35,617 bases of DNA from Candidatus Cloacimonadota bacterium (lineage in GTDB: Bacteria; Cloacimonadota; Cloacimonadia; Cloacimonadales; TCS61): positions 1 through 35,617 of the forward strand of contig JAYEKK010000162.1 of assembly GCA_034660955.1 (NCBI GenBank), read 5' to 3'. How positions within the stretch are numbered: the stretch's first letter is position 1; every line of letters begins with the position of its first letter. The notes beneath the pieces are model-generated. The model did not search any database. It was not told the origin of the DNA and saw only the letters and a list, made by a program, of their open reading frames with translations. Shown here piece after piece: positions 16,672-27,017 of this stretch. The translations under genes were made by a program, and so were the position numbers.

Positions 16672-17256
16672 CTACTTAACTATCTCAACTGATTCGATAA
16701 TAATTTCTTCTACCGGCCAATCTTGCATTCCTGTTTTAGGATTAACTTGAGTAGGAACAACTTTAATTGCATCAACGATATCCATTCCTTTTGTTACTTT
16801 TCCAAATACACAATAACCCCAGCCGCGTTTTTTGTCAGTGTGATCAAGGAAATTATTGTCCTTCACATTGATAAAGAACTGGGAAGTTGCAGAATGCGGA
16901 TTATTGGTTCTTGCCATGGCAATTGTTCCAACCTCATTTGATAACCCATTATCAGCTTCGTTTTGGATTTGCTCATAAGTATCCTTTTTTTGAGTTCCTT
17001 CAATTGTGAATCCACCACCCTGGATCATGAAATTATTAATTACTCTATGAAATACGGTTCCATTAAAGAATCCATCATTTGCATATTTCACAAAATTCTC
17101 AACGGTGATGGGAGCTTTATCTGCATAAAGTTCCAATTCTATTGTTCCTTTGTTTGTGATTATTTTTACATTCACATTGTTACTTACTTTTAATTTGTTC
17201 ATAGCACACGCTCCAATTAGTATTATTGTTATCAATAAGAACAACTTTTTTACCAT
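16672..17256 (-). CDS. ppiA: Cyclophilin-type peptidyl-prolyl isomerase, probable lipoprotein
   Basis: APITVENF, FHRVINNFMIQGGG, GTIAMART, SATSQFFIN and YCVFGKV motifs. N-terminal lipobox-like LIGAC. Confidence 0.92.
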   Translation of the reverse strand: MVKKLFLLITIILIGACAMNKLKVSNNVNVKIITNKGTIELELYADKAPITVENFVKYANDGFFNGTVFHRVINNFMIQGGGFTIEGTQKKDTYEQIQNEADNGLSNEVGTIAMARTNNPHSATSQFFINVKDNNFLDHTDKKRGWGYCVFGKVTKGMDIVDAIKVVPTQVNPKTGMQDWPVEEIIIESVEIVK

Positions 17257-17291
17257 TTTTCATTTTCTCCTTTCTTTGTTTTTGTTACGAA

Positions 17292-18014
17292 TTATAGGTA
17301 ATTGTGTAATTCAATTTTCCCATTTGTCATTGTTAAATAGGAACTATTATTTATCCAATCACCCGCATTTGCATAAATCCCATTTTCATACTTTTCTATT
17401 TTTGGAATATGCGAGTGACCCAAGATAACCAGGTCTGTTTCATTTAGTTTTTCTTTGGCAAATTGGATAAGTCCCTGTTCGCGTTTGTTTAAGATTTCAT
17501 TTGTTGGCTGTTGTTTTCTACTTGATCTGCTCATGTTTTTGCCAATATTTAAGGCAAAGTCAGGATGCAGAGTTCCAAATATCCACATGATGAATTTATT
17601 TCTTATCATTCTGCGGAATATCTGATAACGCAAATCGTTTGAAGTATATTTATCACCGTGAGAAACAAAGGTTTTCACTCCATCAATCGTTTCGCAGAAA
17701 TCATCTTTATATACTTCAATTCCAAGTGTTCCGGTAAGGAAATCTTTGAACCAGAAATCATGATTACCGGCAATGAATACGATTCTTACACCATTTTCTC
17801 TGAGTTGATTGAGCTTAAAAAGTAAAGGGAAATAACCTTTAATTATAAATTTTTTCCAAACATACCAGAGATCAAAAATATCTCCATTTAAAATCAAAAG
17901 ATCAGCATCATCTTTAATGCTGTCCAAAAAATCAATTACTTTTTCTCTTCGTTTAGTGTCTTCTGCATTTTCAACAAATTTCAAATGAAAATCGGATGCG
18001 ATGTATACATTCAT
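17292..18014 (-). CDS. lpxH: UDP-2,3-diacylglucosamine hydrolase (LpxH-like)
   Basis: SDFH, GDIFDLW, GNHD, HGD and GHSH metallophosphoesterase motifs. Lies near LPS genes. Confidence 0.8.
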   Translation of the reverse strand: MNVYIASDFHLKFVENAEDTKRREKVIDFLDSIKDDADLLILNGDIFDLWYVWKKFIIKGYFPLLFKLNQLRENGVRIVFIAGNHDFWFKDFLTGTLGIEVYKDDFCETIDGVKTFVSHGDKYTSNDLRYQIFRRMIRNKFIMWIFGTLHPDFALNIGKNMSRSSRKQQPTNEILNKREQGLIQFAKEKLNETDLVILGHSHIPKIEKYENGIYANAGDWINNSSYLTMTNGKIELHNYL

Positions 18015-18032
18015 ATTTTATTCCCTTATTTG

Positions 18033-18683
18033 CTAATTTGTCATAATATAATAAAACAGATTTGCCCCAAATTGGAAGGCCTGTTCTTTTATGTGTTCAG
18101 GATCATCATGAACGTTGCTCCAACCATCAGAAATGTTGGATTCATAAGTATAGAGCAACATTAACCTTCCATTCTCATTAAATATGCCAAATGCTTGCGG
18201 TCTTTTGTCATCATGCTTATGGATCTTTGGCAGCCCTTTTGAAAAATCGAAATAGCAATGAAAAATTTCGTGACTGGCTGGTAACTCGACCAGATCTTTT
18301 TCTGGGAAAATTTTTTTAATTTCATGTTGAAAAGTTTTATTTAAACCATAATCGTCGTCAACATAAAGAAATCCACCACGTTCCAAATATGTTCTAATAT
18401 TTTTAGCTTCTTTGTTATCAAAATTAACTGTACCGTGCCCTGTCATATAAATAAATGGATGTTCAAAAAGCTTTGGGTCATCAGGACTGACAATAGCCTG
18501 AATTTTAGAGAATTTCGTATTTAATGTATTATTTAGATATTCAGCTAAATTTGGTATCGTATCCTGATCGTTATACCAGTCACCACCACCTTTATAATGC
18601 AATCGTGCAATCTGATGCTCTCCTTCAGTAGCATTCAGAATACTGAAAACTAATACGATAATTATTATTAATTCTTTCCTCAT
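18033..18683 (-). CDS. DUF4159 domain exported protein
   Basis: Signal peptide, GGGDWY, PFIYMTGHG, YLERGGFLYVDD, GLPKIHKHD and ISDGW motifs. Confidence 0.85.
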   Translation of the reverse strand: MRKELIIIIVLVFSILNATEGEHQIARLHYKGGGDWYNDQDTIPNLAEYLNNTLNTKFSKIQAIVSPDDPKLFEHPFIYMTGHGTVNFDNKEAKNIRTYLERGGFLYVDDDYGLNKTFQHEIKKIFPEKDLVELPASHEIFHCYFDFSKGLPKIHKHDDKRPQAFGIFNENGRLMLLYTYESNISDGWSNVHDDPEHIKEQAFQFGANLFYYIMTN

Positions 18684-18846
18684 AATTTATACTCAAAAGT
18701 GATAAATTTTACTATATGAAATCGTGCAAGCAAAAAAAATCTGGACACAATGATTTGTGACTTTCAGATGTCATTAATGTTAAATGATCAATAATAAATT
18801 CAGTGGATTAAACTTTTTAATAGATAATCTACTTTATGGAGATAAA

Positions 18847-19641
18847 ATGGAGCTTTATAAAGAACTTTGCAGTTGTGAAAAATTCTTTCTTATTGCCGGT
18901 CCCTGTGTGGTTGAAGATGAGAAATTGATGATGCAGATTGCCGCTGAATTGGTTGAGATAACTCAGAAATGGGGGATACCATTTATTTTTAAATCATCTT
19001 TTAAAAAGGCAAATAGAACATCAATAGATTCTCCAACAGGACCCGGAGTAAAAAAGGGTCTTGAAATATTATCGAAGATCAAAAAGGAATTCAATATTCC
19101 AATATTAACAGATATCCATGAAATAAGCGAAGTTGAAGAAGCTGCAGAAGTAGTTGATATTCTGCAAATTCCTGCGTTTTTATCCAGGCAATCTGATCTG
19201 ATATTGGCAGCAGCAAAAACAGGTAGGATTGTGAATATCAAAAAAGGACAATTCATGGCTCCGGAAGATATTGAAAATGCGGCAAATAAAGTATTGGCGG
19301 CAGAAAATATAAATATTTTACTCACCGAACGAGGGACGAGTTTTGGTTATCACAATTTAGTGGTGGATTTCCGCAGTTTCGCAATTATGAAGCAGCTCGG
19401 TTATCCGATAATTTACGATGTAACGCACAGTTTGCAAAAACCTTCCATAAATAAAACTTCAGGTGGAACTCCACAATATATAGAAATGATGGCAAAAGCT
19501 GCATTAGCAACAGGAAAAGTTGATGGACTATTTATAGAGACTCATCCAAATCCGGCAGAAGCTCTGAGTGATGCGAGTTCTATGCTACCACTAATTGAGC
19601 TTCCAAAACTACTGGATGCCTGTTTGAAAATTAAAGGATAA
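18847..19641 (+). CDS. kdsA: KDO 8-phosphate synthase
   Basis: IAGPCVVE, SFKKANRTS, QIPAFLSRQ, NIKKGQF and ERGTSFGY motifs. Start moved to the ATG at 18847, which follows a GGAG RBS. Confidence 0.95.
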   Translation: MELYKELCSCEKFFLIAGPCVVEDEKLMMQIAAELVEITQKWGIPFIFKSSFKKANRTSIDSPTGPGVKKGLEILSKIKKEFNIPILTDIHEISEVEEAAEVVDILQIPAFLSRQSDLILAAAKTGRIVNIKKGQFMAPEDIENAANKVLAAENINILLTERGTSFGYHNLVVDFRSFAIMKQLGYPIIYDVTHSLQKPSINKTSGGTPQYIEMMAKAALATGKVDGLFIETHPNPAEALSDASSMLPLIELPKLLDACLKIKG

Positions 19642-19651
19642 TGAGGATTAT

Positions 19652-20176
19652 ATGGATTATAGTAAAATCAAATTAATGATTTTGGATAACGATGGTGTTC
19701 TAAGCGATGGGAAAATAATTTATGATAATAATAAATTAGAATCTAAAAATTATAATGCAAAAGACGGATTAGGAATCAAATTATTACAATTTAGTGAAAT
19801 TAAGCTTGCGATCATAACAGGTCGAAGATCACATATTGTTGAACAAAGATGTGATGATCTTCAAATAAAAATACTTTTTCAAGGTGTTAGAAATAAACTG
19901 AAAAAAACCACTGAACTTCTAAAAGAACTGAAACTCGAATGGGAAAATGTTGCTTACATGGGGGATGACTGGAATGATTTCCCAGTTATGGAGAAATGTA
20001 ATATTTCAGCAACCCCGGCAGATGCATTCGATGATATAAAAAGCAAAGTGGACATTATTACCAAACGTAATGGAGGAGAAGGTGCAGTTCGAGAATTTAT
20101 TGAACTCATTTTGAAAGAGCAGGGAAAATATGAAGAAAGTTTGCAGAAACTTCTGGATCATCTTAATTCTCAATAG
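19652..20176 (+). CDS. kdsC: KDO 8-phosphate phosphatase (HAD)
   Basis: LDNDGVLSDG, KDGLG, ITGR, YMGDDWND and GGEGAVRE motifs. Confidence 0.92.
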   Translation: MDYSKIKLMILDNDGVLSDGKIIYDNNKLESKNYNAKDGLGIKLLQFSEIKLAIITGRRSHIVEQRCDDLQIKILFQGVRNKLKKTTELLKELKLEWENVAYMGDDWNDFPVMEKCNISATPADAFDDIKSKVDIITKRNGGEGAVREFIELILKEQGKYEESLQKLLDHLNSQ

Positions 20177-20684
20177 TCTTCTATTTTTATCTTCCTGTAC
20201 TGGAAATGATGAAGCATCCAATATGCCGATAAGTGGTAAAATACCTGATGAACAGGCAGATTCAGTAAAAATCATTTCCACAACTAAAGATGTGATCGAT
20301 TATGAATTAACTGCGGTCCATTTTTATAAATATTATAGTACAAAACAAACTTTTGCTGATACAGTATTCGTTACATTCTTCAATGAAGACGGTTCTGTTA
20401 AATCAACTTTAAAATGCAATAAAGCTGAAGTAGATGATGCGAAAAATACATTAACCGGAATTGGTGATGTCGTAGTCGTTAGTGAAAATGGAACAATGAA
20501 AGCACCATTTATAGTATTAGATAGGAATACAAATGTATTATATGCAAGAAATGGTGTAATTTTAATAAGAGATGATAATATCCTAAAAGGTGAAGAAATG
20601 GAATCTAACCTGAATCTTGATAGGGTAGAGATCACAAAAGTATCAGCAGAAGGTAAACTGAATGAAGATGAAGTTAACTGGTAG
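20130..20684 (+). CDS. lptC: LPS export protein LptC
   Basis: N-terminal hydrophobic segment with LSSC and beta-jellyroll-like repeats. Canonical position between kdsC and lptA/lptB. Confidence 0.75.
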   Translation: MKKVCRNFWIILILNSLLFLSSCTGNDEASNMPISGKIPDEQADSVKIISTTKDVIDYELTAVHFYKYYSTKQTFADTVFVTFFNEDGSVKSTLKCNKAEVDDAKNTLTGIGDVVVVSENGTMKAPFIVLDRNTNVLYARNGVILIRDDNILKGEEMESNLNLDRVEITKVSAEGKLNEDEVNW

Positions 20685-21768
20685 ATCATTTGCGCTATTG
20701 CTTTTTACAGTAGTTCTCACAATGATATTTGAACTTCATGCTGAAGAAGAATTACGTCCCTACAAATTAATAAATGCTGATAAGCTTATTATTAATAAAA
20801 TAGAAAGTGAGTATATCACAAATCTTTTTGGGAACGTTCACTTTTTCTATGGTGATACCGAGTTTTTCAGTGATAAGGCAGAGATATTTGAATTGCAGAA
20901 GATTGTGTGCATGCATGGGAATGTGAAGGTATATGAAGATACTTTGAGTTTGCATGCAGATAATGTTGATTACTTTCGCAAAAAAGAACGTCTATTTCTG
21001 TATGGAGATGTGTTAGCAAAAGAGACTCACAAAGATTCAACCATAAGAACATTTAAGGCGAAAGAAGTAGAATACTTCAGGAACACAAGAGAACTTTTTG
21101 CTAAAGAAAACGTGATAACTTATGATGAGCGGGAAAACATGCATGGAACCTGCGGAGAATTAAAATACTTTATGAATGATGGTTATGGTTACTTGATGAA
21201 AGAACCTGTTCTGTCAATTGCTAAAAAAGATACACTTTCCATTTCGGCTGAGAAGATCGAATATTTTAAGGATTATAAAAAAGTTGCTGCAACATTTAAT
21301 GTGAAAACTTTTTCAAAAGAATTTATTATGAGTAGCGACTTCCTTTTATATTTTGCTGATGAAGAAAAGGCAGTATATCTAGGAGAGCCAAAATTTGCTT
21401 CGGATCTGGCAGATGCTAAAGCAATTGAATTCCGGATATTCTTTGAAGAACAGAAAATCAAAAAGGCTATACTACTAGATTCTTGTTATGTACAGTTTTC
21501 CGAAGCGAAAGATCAATCTAAAAAGAGTTGGGCAATTGGTGATCTGATGGAATTCAATTTTGAAGGAGGAAACATTTCTTTTTGCGAAGCAACAGGCAAT
21601 GTCAATTCCTACTTCCAACAGGAAACAATAGAAAGCAGAAACTTCTCAGCTAATAATGCACAAGGTGAACATCTCATCATAGAAATGGACGGTCAGAATA
21701 AAATTAAAAGAATTTCAATGAAAAATAAGGTTCATGGAATCTATAAATTTAAACATAAAAATTGGTAG
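20662..21768 (+). CDS. LptA/OstA-like periplasmic protein (extended, multiple jellyroll units)
   Basis: Signal peptide and repeated GNVHF/GNVKV/GDVLA/GNVNS OstA-like motifs. Sits between lptC and lptB. Confidence 0.7.
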   Translation: MKMKLTGRSFALLLFTVVLTMIFELHAEEELRPYKLINADKLIINKIESEYITNLFGNVHFFYGDTEFFSDKAEIFELQKIVCMHGNVKVYEDTLSLHADNVDYFRKKERLFLYGDVLAKETHKDSTIRTFKAKEVEYFRNTRELFAKENVITYDERENMHGTCGELKYFMNDGYGYLMKEPVLSIAKKDTLSISAEKIEYFKDYKKVAATFNVKTFSKEFIMSSDFLLYFADEEKAVYLGEPKFASDLADAKAIEFRIFFEEQKIKKAILLDSCYVQFSEAKDQSKKSWAIGDLMEFNFEGGNISFCEATGNVNSYFQQETIESRNFSANNAQGEHLIIEMDGQNKIKRISMKNKVHGIYKFKHKNW

Positions 21769-21894
21769 CAAAACCTTAACTAAATATAAAAAAACATTTT
21801 AGATTCATCGTTAAAGCATAAACTATTCCAAATATTAATTTTAATTAGAACATTCGCTTGACAAATAAAATGGGATTAATTAAATCCATTTAGT

Positions 21895-22632
21895 ATGAAG
21901 AGTTTAAAAACAGATAATTTAGTTAAAATTTATGGAAAAAGAAAAGTTGTAAATAATGTCAGCATCAATTTGCAACAAGGTGAAATCGTTGGAATTCTAG
22001 GACCAAATGGAGCCGGAAAATCTACAACTTTCTATATGATACTTGGCTTAATAAAAGCTAATAGTGGTAATGTTTTTTTTAGTGATAAGCAGATAACTAG
22101 TCTCCCTATGTATAAACGTGCCCAATTAGGCATAGGATATCTTGCTCAGGAACCTTCCATATTTCACAAACTTACAGTTGAACAGAATATCATGGCAATT
22201 CTGGAAACACTTAATATCTCCAAAAAAGATCGAAAACTGAGATTAGAAGAACATCTTGAAGATTTGGGACTTACGATATTAGCTAAACAGAAAGCATATA
22301 CATTATCAGGTGGAGAACGCAGAAAACTTGAGATCACACGTTCACTTGTAACATCTCCCTCCTTTATGCTTATGGATGAACCTTTTGCAGGAGTAGACCC
22401 TCTTGCCGTAGCCGATATTCAGGATATTATAAAAAAGTTAAAAGAGAAAAATATTGGTATATTAATTACTGATCACAATGTTCTTGAAACTTTGAAAATT
22501 ACTGAAAGAGCTTATATTATTTTTAATGGAGAGATATTATTCAGTGGAACATCCAGAGAATTGGTGAAAGATGATAAAGCACGAGAAGTGTATCTTGGAG
22601 ACAGATTCACTAACCCTTTTGGGAATGAATAA
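21895..22632 (+). CDS. lptB: LPS export ABC ATPase
   Basis: GPNGAGKST, LPMYKRAQLGIGYLAQE, LSGGERR, MDEPFAGVDP and ITDHNV motifs. Confidence 0.96.
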   Translation: MKSLKTDNLVKIYGKRKVVNNVSINLQQGEIVGILGPNGAGKSTTFYMILGLIKANSGNVFFSDKQITSLPMYKRAQLGIGYLAQEPSIFHKLTVEQNIMAILETLNISKKDRKLRLEEHLEDLGLTILAKQKAYTLSGGERRKLEITRSLVTSPSFMLMDEPFAGVDPLAVADIQDIIKKLKEKNIGILITDHNVLETLKITERAYIIFNGEILFSGTSRELVKDDKAREVYLGDRFTNPFGNE

Positions 22633-22650
22633 AAAAAAGAGTAAGCAATA

Positions 22651-24105
22651 ATGAAATTTAAGCAAACATTAGTTCAAAAGCAAACACAAAACTTGTTATT
22701 AAAACCAAAAATGCTTCAATCATTAGAGATGCTTGCGATGCCATTGATGCAGCTTGAAACCCATTTGAAACAAGAAATGATCAATAATCCAATGCTTGAA
22801 CTTCTAGAATACCGAGATGAAGAAGATATTTCGCCGGAAAAAGATGACAAAGTAAAAGATAAGATTGAAGAAGATATAAAAAATGAGACTGAAGATGAAG
22901 AGTTGAAAAAAACTCTGGAAGAAACAAAAGAACTAAGCGAAATCTTAGATTCATACTCAGAATACTTCCAAGGAAGTTCTGGCAGTGCACCTTCTACAGA
23001 AGGCATTAATTTCGATCAAATGGTTAGAGAACAAGAAGATAAAAAAGATGCTTTTGTGTTTCAGATCGAAAGGCTAAATCTTGATAATGGTGAATTTGAT
23101 TTTGCTTATGAATTGTTTGATAGCATAGATGCTCATGGTTTCTTACCAAAGGATTTTGATATAGAAGAAGTTGCAAAAGAATTTGGGATTGAACCGGAAA
23201 GAGCAGAAGAAATCCATTCAATGCTTCTTCATTTAGAACCATGTGGAATAACTGCCAGAAATATCCAGGAATGTCTATTAGCGCAACTTGATCCTGAATT
23301 TCATAATGAGAATATAATTATATTGATCTCTAATCACTTTACTGATCTCATTCATAAGCGGTATAAAAATATTGCTTCGAATTTTGGAACAAGTATTACA
23401 ACCATTTTAAATTGGAAAAGGCAGATCGCAAAACTGGATCCAAAACCTGGTTTGCGTCTTCTTACAAATCATTCCAAATATATTGTCCCGGATGTTATTA
23501 TTAAGCGTATCGGAAACGAATATGAAATTATAATAAATGATTACTCATTCCCTAAGATACGTTTGAGTAGAAGATACAACAAGATCTTGCAGCGAGTAAA
23601 AAAAGATAAAGAAGCTCTGAATTATGTAAGAAGCAAGATTAACTCAGCGAAATTTTTGATCAAATCAGTTTATTTGCGCAGTAGGACATTAGAACGTGTT
23701 ACAAAATCCATTTTACATCATCAGCCGGATTTTTTTTACGGAGATAAAAGAGTATTGAAACCACTTACTTATTCTGATATTGCACAGGAACTTCAGGTTA
23801 ATGAATCTACAATCTCACGTGTTGTTCGCATAAAATATGCTGATACACCTTTTGGAATTATGTGCCTGAAAGATTTCTTTACCAGTAAAGCTGGTAAGGA
23901 CAATAATTACAATTCGGTTTCAAGACATAATGTTGAACAAAAAATTACAAAAATGATAGATTCTGAAGATGAGACTCATCCTTTAAGTGATCAGGATATT
24001 GCAGAAAAGCTTGCGGAAATGAATATTTTTGTATCACGCCGAGTTGTGGCAAAATATAGAAAAGCCAAGGGAATTCTTAATAGCAGATTAAGGAGAAAAG
24101 AGTGA
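22651..24105 (+). CDS. rpoN: RNA polymerase sigma-54 factor
   Basis: Gln/Leu-rich region I, NPMLE, HTH VNESTISR, PLSDQ and RpoN box SRRVVAKYR. Confidence 0.96.
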   Translation: MKFKQTLVQKQTQNLLLKPKMLQSLEMLAMPLMQLETHLKQEMINNPMLELLEYRDEEDISPEKDDKVKDKIEEDIKNETEDEELKKTLEETKELSEILDSYSEYFQGSSGSAPSTEGINFDQMVREQEDKKDAFVFQIERLNLDNGEFDFAYELFDSIDAHGFLPKDFDIEEVAKEFGIEPERAEEIHSMLLHLEPCGITARNIQECLLAQLDPEFHNENIIILISNHFTDLIHKRYKNIASNFGTSITTILNWKRQIAKLDPKPGLRLLTNHSKYIVPDVIIKRIGNEYEIIINDYSFPKIRLSRRYNKILQRVKKDKEALNYVRSKINSAKFLIKSVYLRSRTLERVTKSILHHQPDFFYGDKRVLKPLTYSDIAQELQVNESTISRVVRIKYADTPFGIMCLKDFFTSKAGKDNNYNSVSRHNVEQKITKMIDSEDETHPLSDQDIAEKLAEMNIFVSRRVVAKYRKAKGILNSRLRRKE

Positions 24106-25499
24106 GTAGATTCAAAGTTGTAATTATTGGTGGAGGACCGGGTGGATATGTAACTGCTATACGGCTTCAGCAGTATGGAATCAATGTTGCTGTCTTTGAA
24201 AAAGAGAGACTTGGAGGAGTTTGTCTTAATCATGGATGTATTCCCACGAAATCTCTGGTTAAAGTTGCCGATCTTTATTCAGAGATCAAAGAAACAGAGA
24301 ATTTTGGAATATCAATTGAAAGATCCAGCATTGATTATAAAAAAGTATGGCAAAGAAAAAATGAAGTTGTAGAAAAACTGGTTTCCGGTATTGAATTCAT
24401 GTTCAAAAAAAGGAAGATTCAAATTATCAAAGAAACAGTTACAAAAATTGAGAAAACAGATTCTGAATATAAAATTATTACGGACAGCGAAGTATTCTTT
24501 GCTGAATATGTAATTATTGCAACAGGCTCTATACCAAAAGAATTGTCTTTCATTAAATGTGACGGCAAGAATATCCTATCTTCCAGAGATATACTCAAAA
24601 TGGAAGAACTTCCCAAAAAATTGGTAGTTATTGGTGGTGGTGTAATCGGCTGTGAATTTGCTTCGATATACAATCAAATGGGTGTGGAAGTAGAAATTGT
24701 AGAATTCTTGCCAAACCTGATAGATATGGGAGATATTGAAATATCTAAAAGGTTGGGAATGGCTTTAAAACGAAGTGGAATTAAACTACATCTTAAAACT
24801 GCAGTAAAAAATTATAAAGAAACTCCAAATAACATCTTTCTTGAATTATCAAACGGAAGGGAAATTGAAGCCGATAAAGTTTTGTTAAGCGTTGGCAGAG
24901 TTCCTGTTATGGATATCAAATTTGTAAATAGTGATATTTCTATGGATAATGGATTTGTAAGAATTGATAAGATGATGAAAACAAATTTGGAGAATGTTTT
25001 TGCAATTGGTGACGTTACAGGTAAACTTATGTTAGCTCACACAGCTAGCAAGCAAGGTTTAATTGTGGCGGATATAATTCAAAATGAAATAAATAATACA
25101 AATATTGAGATTGTTAATCTTGATTATAAAAAAATCCCAGCCTGCACATTCACAAATCCGGAAATAGCTTCTGTTGGCTATACACAAAAGGAAGCTGGAG
25201 AAAGATTTCAAGATGTAATTGTAGGAAAATTCCCATTCACTGCAAATGGAAAAGCTCTCGGATTGGGAGCAACTTTTGGTTTTGTAAAAATTGTTGCTCA
25301 TAAAAATTCTAAAAAGATAATCGGCGTTCATATTATTGGTCCACAAGCTACAGAATTAATTGCTCAAGCTGGAATATTAGTAGGTTTAGATGCGACCATA
25401 GATGATGTGAAGAAAGTTATTTTTGCACATCCAACATTATCGGAAGCTGTGATGGAAGCTGCTGAAGATCTGGAAAAACTTGCAATACATAAAATATAG
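24102..25499 (+). CDS. lpdA: Dihydrolipoamide dehydrogenase
   Basis: GGGPGG, redox CLNHGCIPTK, GGGVIGCE and HPTLSE motifs. GTG start overlaps the rpoN stop. Confidence 0.95.
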   Translation: MSRFKVVIIGGGPGGYVTAIRLQQYGINVAVFEKERLGGVCLNHGCIPTKSLVKVADLYSEIKETENFGISIERSSIDYKKVWQRKNEVVEKLVSGIEFMFKKRKIQIIKETVTKIEKTDSEYKIITDSEVFFAEYVIIATGSIPKELSFIKCDGKNILSSRDILKMEELPKKLVVIGGGVIGCEFASIYNQMGVEVEIVEFLPNLIDMGDIEISKRLGMALKRSGIKLHLKTAVKNYKETPNNIFLELSNGREIEADKVLLSVGRVPVMDIKFVNSDISMDNGFVRIDKMMKTNLENVFAIGDVTGKLMLAHTASKQGLIVADIIQNEINNTNIEIVNLDYKKIPACTFTNPEIASVGYTQKEAGERFQDVIVGKFPFTANGKALGLGATFGFVKIVAHKNSKKIIGVHIIGPQATELIAQAGILVGLDATIDDVKKVIFAHPTLSEAVMEAAEDLEKLAIHKI

Positions 25500-25515
25500 G
25501 TTATTTTAGGAAGAT

Positions 25516-26394
25516 ATGGAAGTATTGAGAAAGCCAAAATGGCTTAAGTCTGAGAAACTTGGTGCCAGAAAAGCACGAGAAATAATAAAAATCTTGAGAA
25601 ACTATAATCTTCATACTGTATGTGAAAGTGCAAAATGTCCAAATCAAGGTGAATGCTTTGAAAATGGAACTGCAACTTTTATGATCTTAGGAGAAACCTG
25701 TACCCGAAATTGTACTTTTTGTGCAATCAATAAAACGAAGAGAAATCTTAAACCTGCTGATATCAATGAACCAAAAGCAATTGCAAAATTATCAAATGAA
25801 TTGGAATTAAAATATGTTGTTGTTACCACAGTAACACGTGACGATCTTCTTGATGGTGGAGCATCTCAATTTATTGAAGTAATAAAACAGATAAGAGAAA
25901 TTTGTGATCCTGAAATTGCAATTGAATTGTTGATTTCTGATCTAAAGGGTGATCTGGATTTGGTTAAAAAAATAGTTAATGCCGGTCCGGATGTATTGAA
26001 CCATAATGTCGAGACCGTTCCACGTCTTTACAGGGCAGTCCGTCCAATGGCGGATTTTGAACGGTCGTTGAAAGTTCTCCTAACAGCCAAAAATACCGAT
26101 AGCTCGATTCTTACCAAAAGTGGTTTCATGGTTGGACTTGGAGAAACAAAAATTGAAGTGCTTGAACTTATGAAAAAGTTGCGTGAAGTGGATGTTGATA
26201 TCATTACAATTGGGCAATATATGGCTCCCTCTAAAGAACATTATCCTGTTACAGAATACATACATCCAGATACATTTGCATTCTACAAAAAAAAGGGTGA
26301 AAGAATGGGTTTTAAACTTGTTGAATCCTCTCCTCTTGTACGCAGCTCATATCATGCAGAGCGAGCAAAGAAGATCTTAAACAAAAGGCTGTAG
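25516..26394 (+). CDS. lipA: Lipoyl synthase
   Basis: CESAKCPNQGEC auxiliary cluster, CTRNCTFC radical-SAM motif and RSSYHA. Confidence 0.97.
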   Translation: MEVLRKPKWLKSEKLGARKAREIIKILRNYNLHTVCESAKCPNQGECFENGTATFMILGETCTRNCTFCAINKTKRNLKPADINEPKAIAKLSNELELKYVVVTTVTRDDLLDGGASQFIEVIKQIREICDPEIAIELLISDLKGDLDLVKKIVNAGPDVLNHNVETVPRLYRAVRPMADFERSLKVLLTAKNTDSSILTKSGFMVGLGETKIEVLELMKKLREVDVDIITIGQYMAPSKEHYPVTEYIHPDTFAFYKKKGERMGFKLVESSPLVRSSYHAERAKKILNKRL

Positions 26395-26432
26395 GATTTT
26401 TTCCATTCCTGCAGTATTAAAAGGAGATAATT

Positions 26433-26957
26433 ATGCAAATTACAATTACTGCACGTCACTTTGACTTAACAAATGCCATCAGAGATCATATTGATGGATC
26501 CTGTGTGAAATTGGAAAGGTATTTTGATCATATAATGACAGCTAACTTTATTCTTTCGTTAGAAAAGAATGGAAACAAAGTTGAATTAATAGTCCATGCA
26601 CCCAAGCATAACTTAAAATGTGAAGCTGTTGAGAAAAATATGTATTTGGCAATTGATAATGCTGTTGATAAAATGGAGCAGCAAATTAAGAAGATGAAAG
26701 ATAAATGGGCTCATCATAATAAGAAAAGTCTCAAGGAAAATCTTCATTTTGTTTATGCAGATCTTATCGAAAGAAATGAAGGCAAAAAAGTAGTGAAAAT
26801 AAAAAGGATATTAGCTGAGAATTTAACAGTTGATGATGCACTGGAAAAATTCGATAATATAGATAGTATGTATTTGGTATTTAAGAATTTGGAAACTGAT
26901 AAGATTAATGTGTTAGTGAAAAAAGATAAAGAACATTATAAATTAATAGAAGCATAA
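26433..26957 (+). CDS. hpf: Ribosome hibernation promoting factor (long HPF/RaiA)
   Basis: MQITITARHFDLTNAIR...KLERYFD...NMYLAIDNAVDKMEQQ plus a C-terminal S30EA-like domain. Confidence 0.9.
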   Translation: MQITITARHFDLTNAIRDHIDGSCVKLERYFDHIMTANFILSLEKNGNKVELIVHAPKHNLKCEAVEKNMYLAIDNAVDKMEQQIKKMKDKWAHHNKKSLKENLHFVYADLIERNEGKKVVKIKRILAENLTVDDALEKFDNIDSMYLVFKNLETDKINVLVKKDKEHYKLIEA

Positions 26958-26968
26958 AATAATAGATA

Positions 26969-26998
26969 GAACCCGTTCCACTTGACGGGAACGGGTTC
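26969..26998 (+). terminator. Strong hairpin between hpf and hprK (terminator or mRNA-stabilising stem)
   Basis: Perfect 11-bp stem GAACCCGTTCC / GGAACGGGTTC with an 8-nt loop. The U-tail is weak. Confidence 0.6.
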
Positions 26999-27017
26999 AC
27001 TATTAAAAGTAGGTAAT

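Noticed and set aside
18784-18846. N-terminal extension of kdsA in the ORF track
   Set aside because: The GGAG RBS and homology point to the ATG at 18847.
26982-27017. N-terminal extension of hprK from TTG
   Set aside because: The TTG lies in the hairpin loop, and ATG 27018 has an RBS and matches HprK starts.
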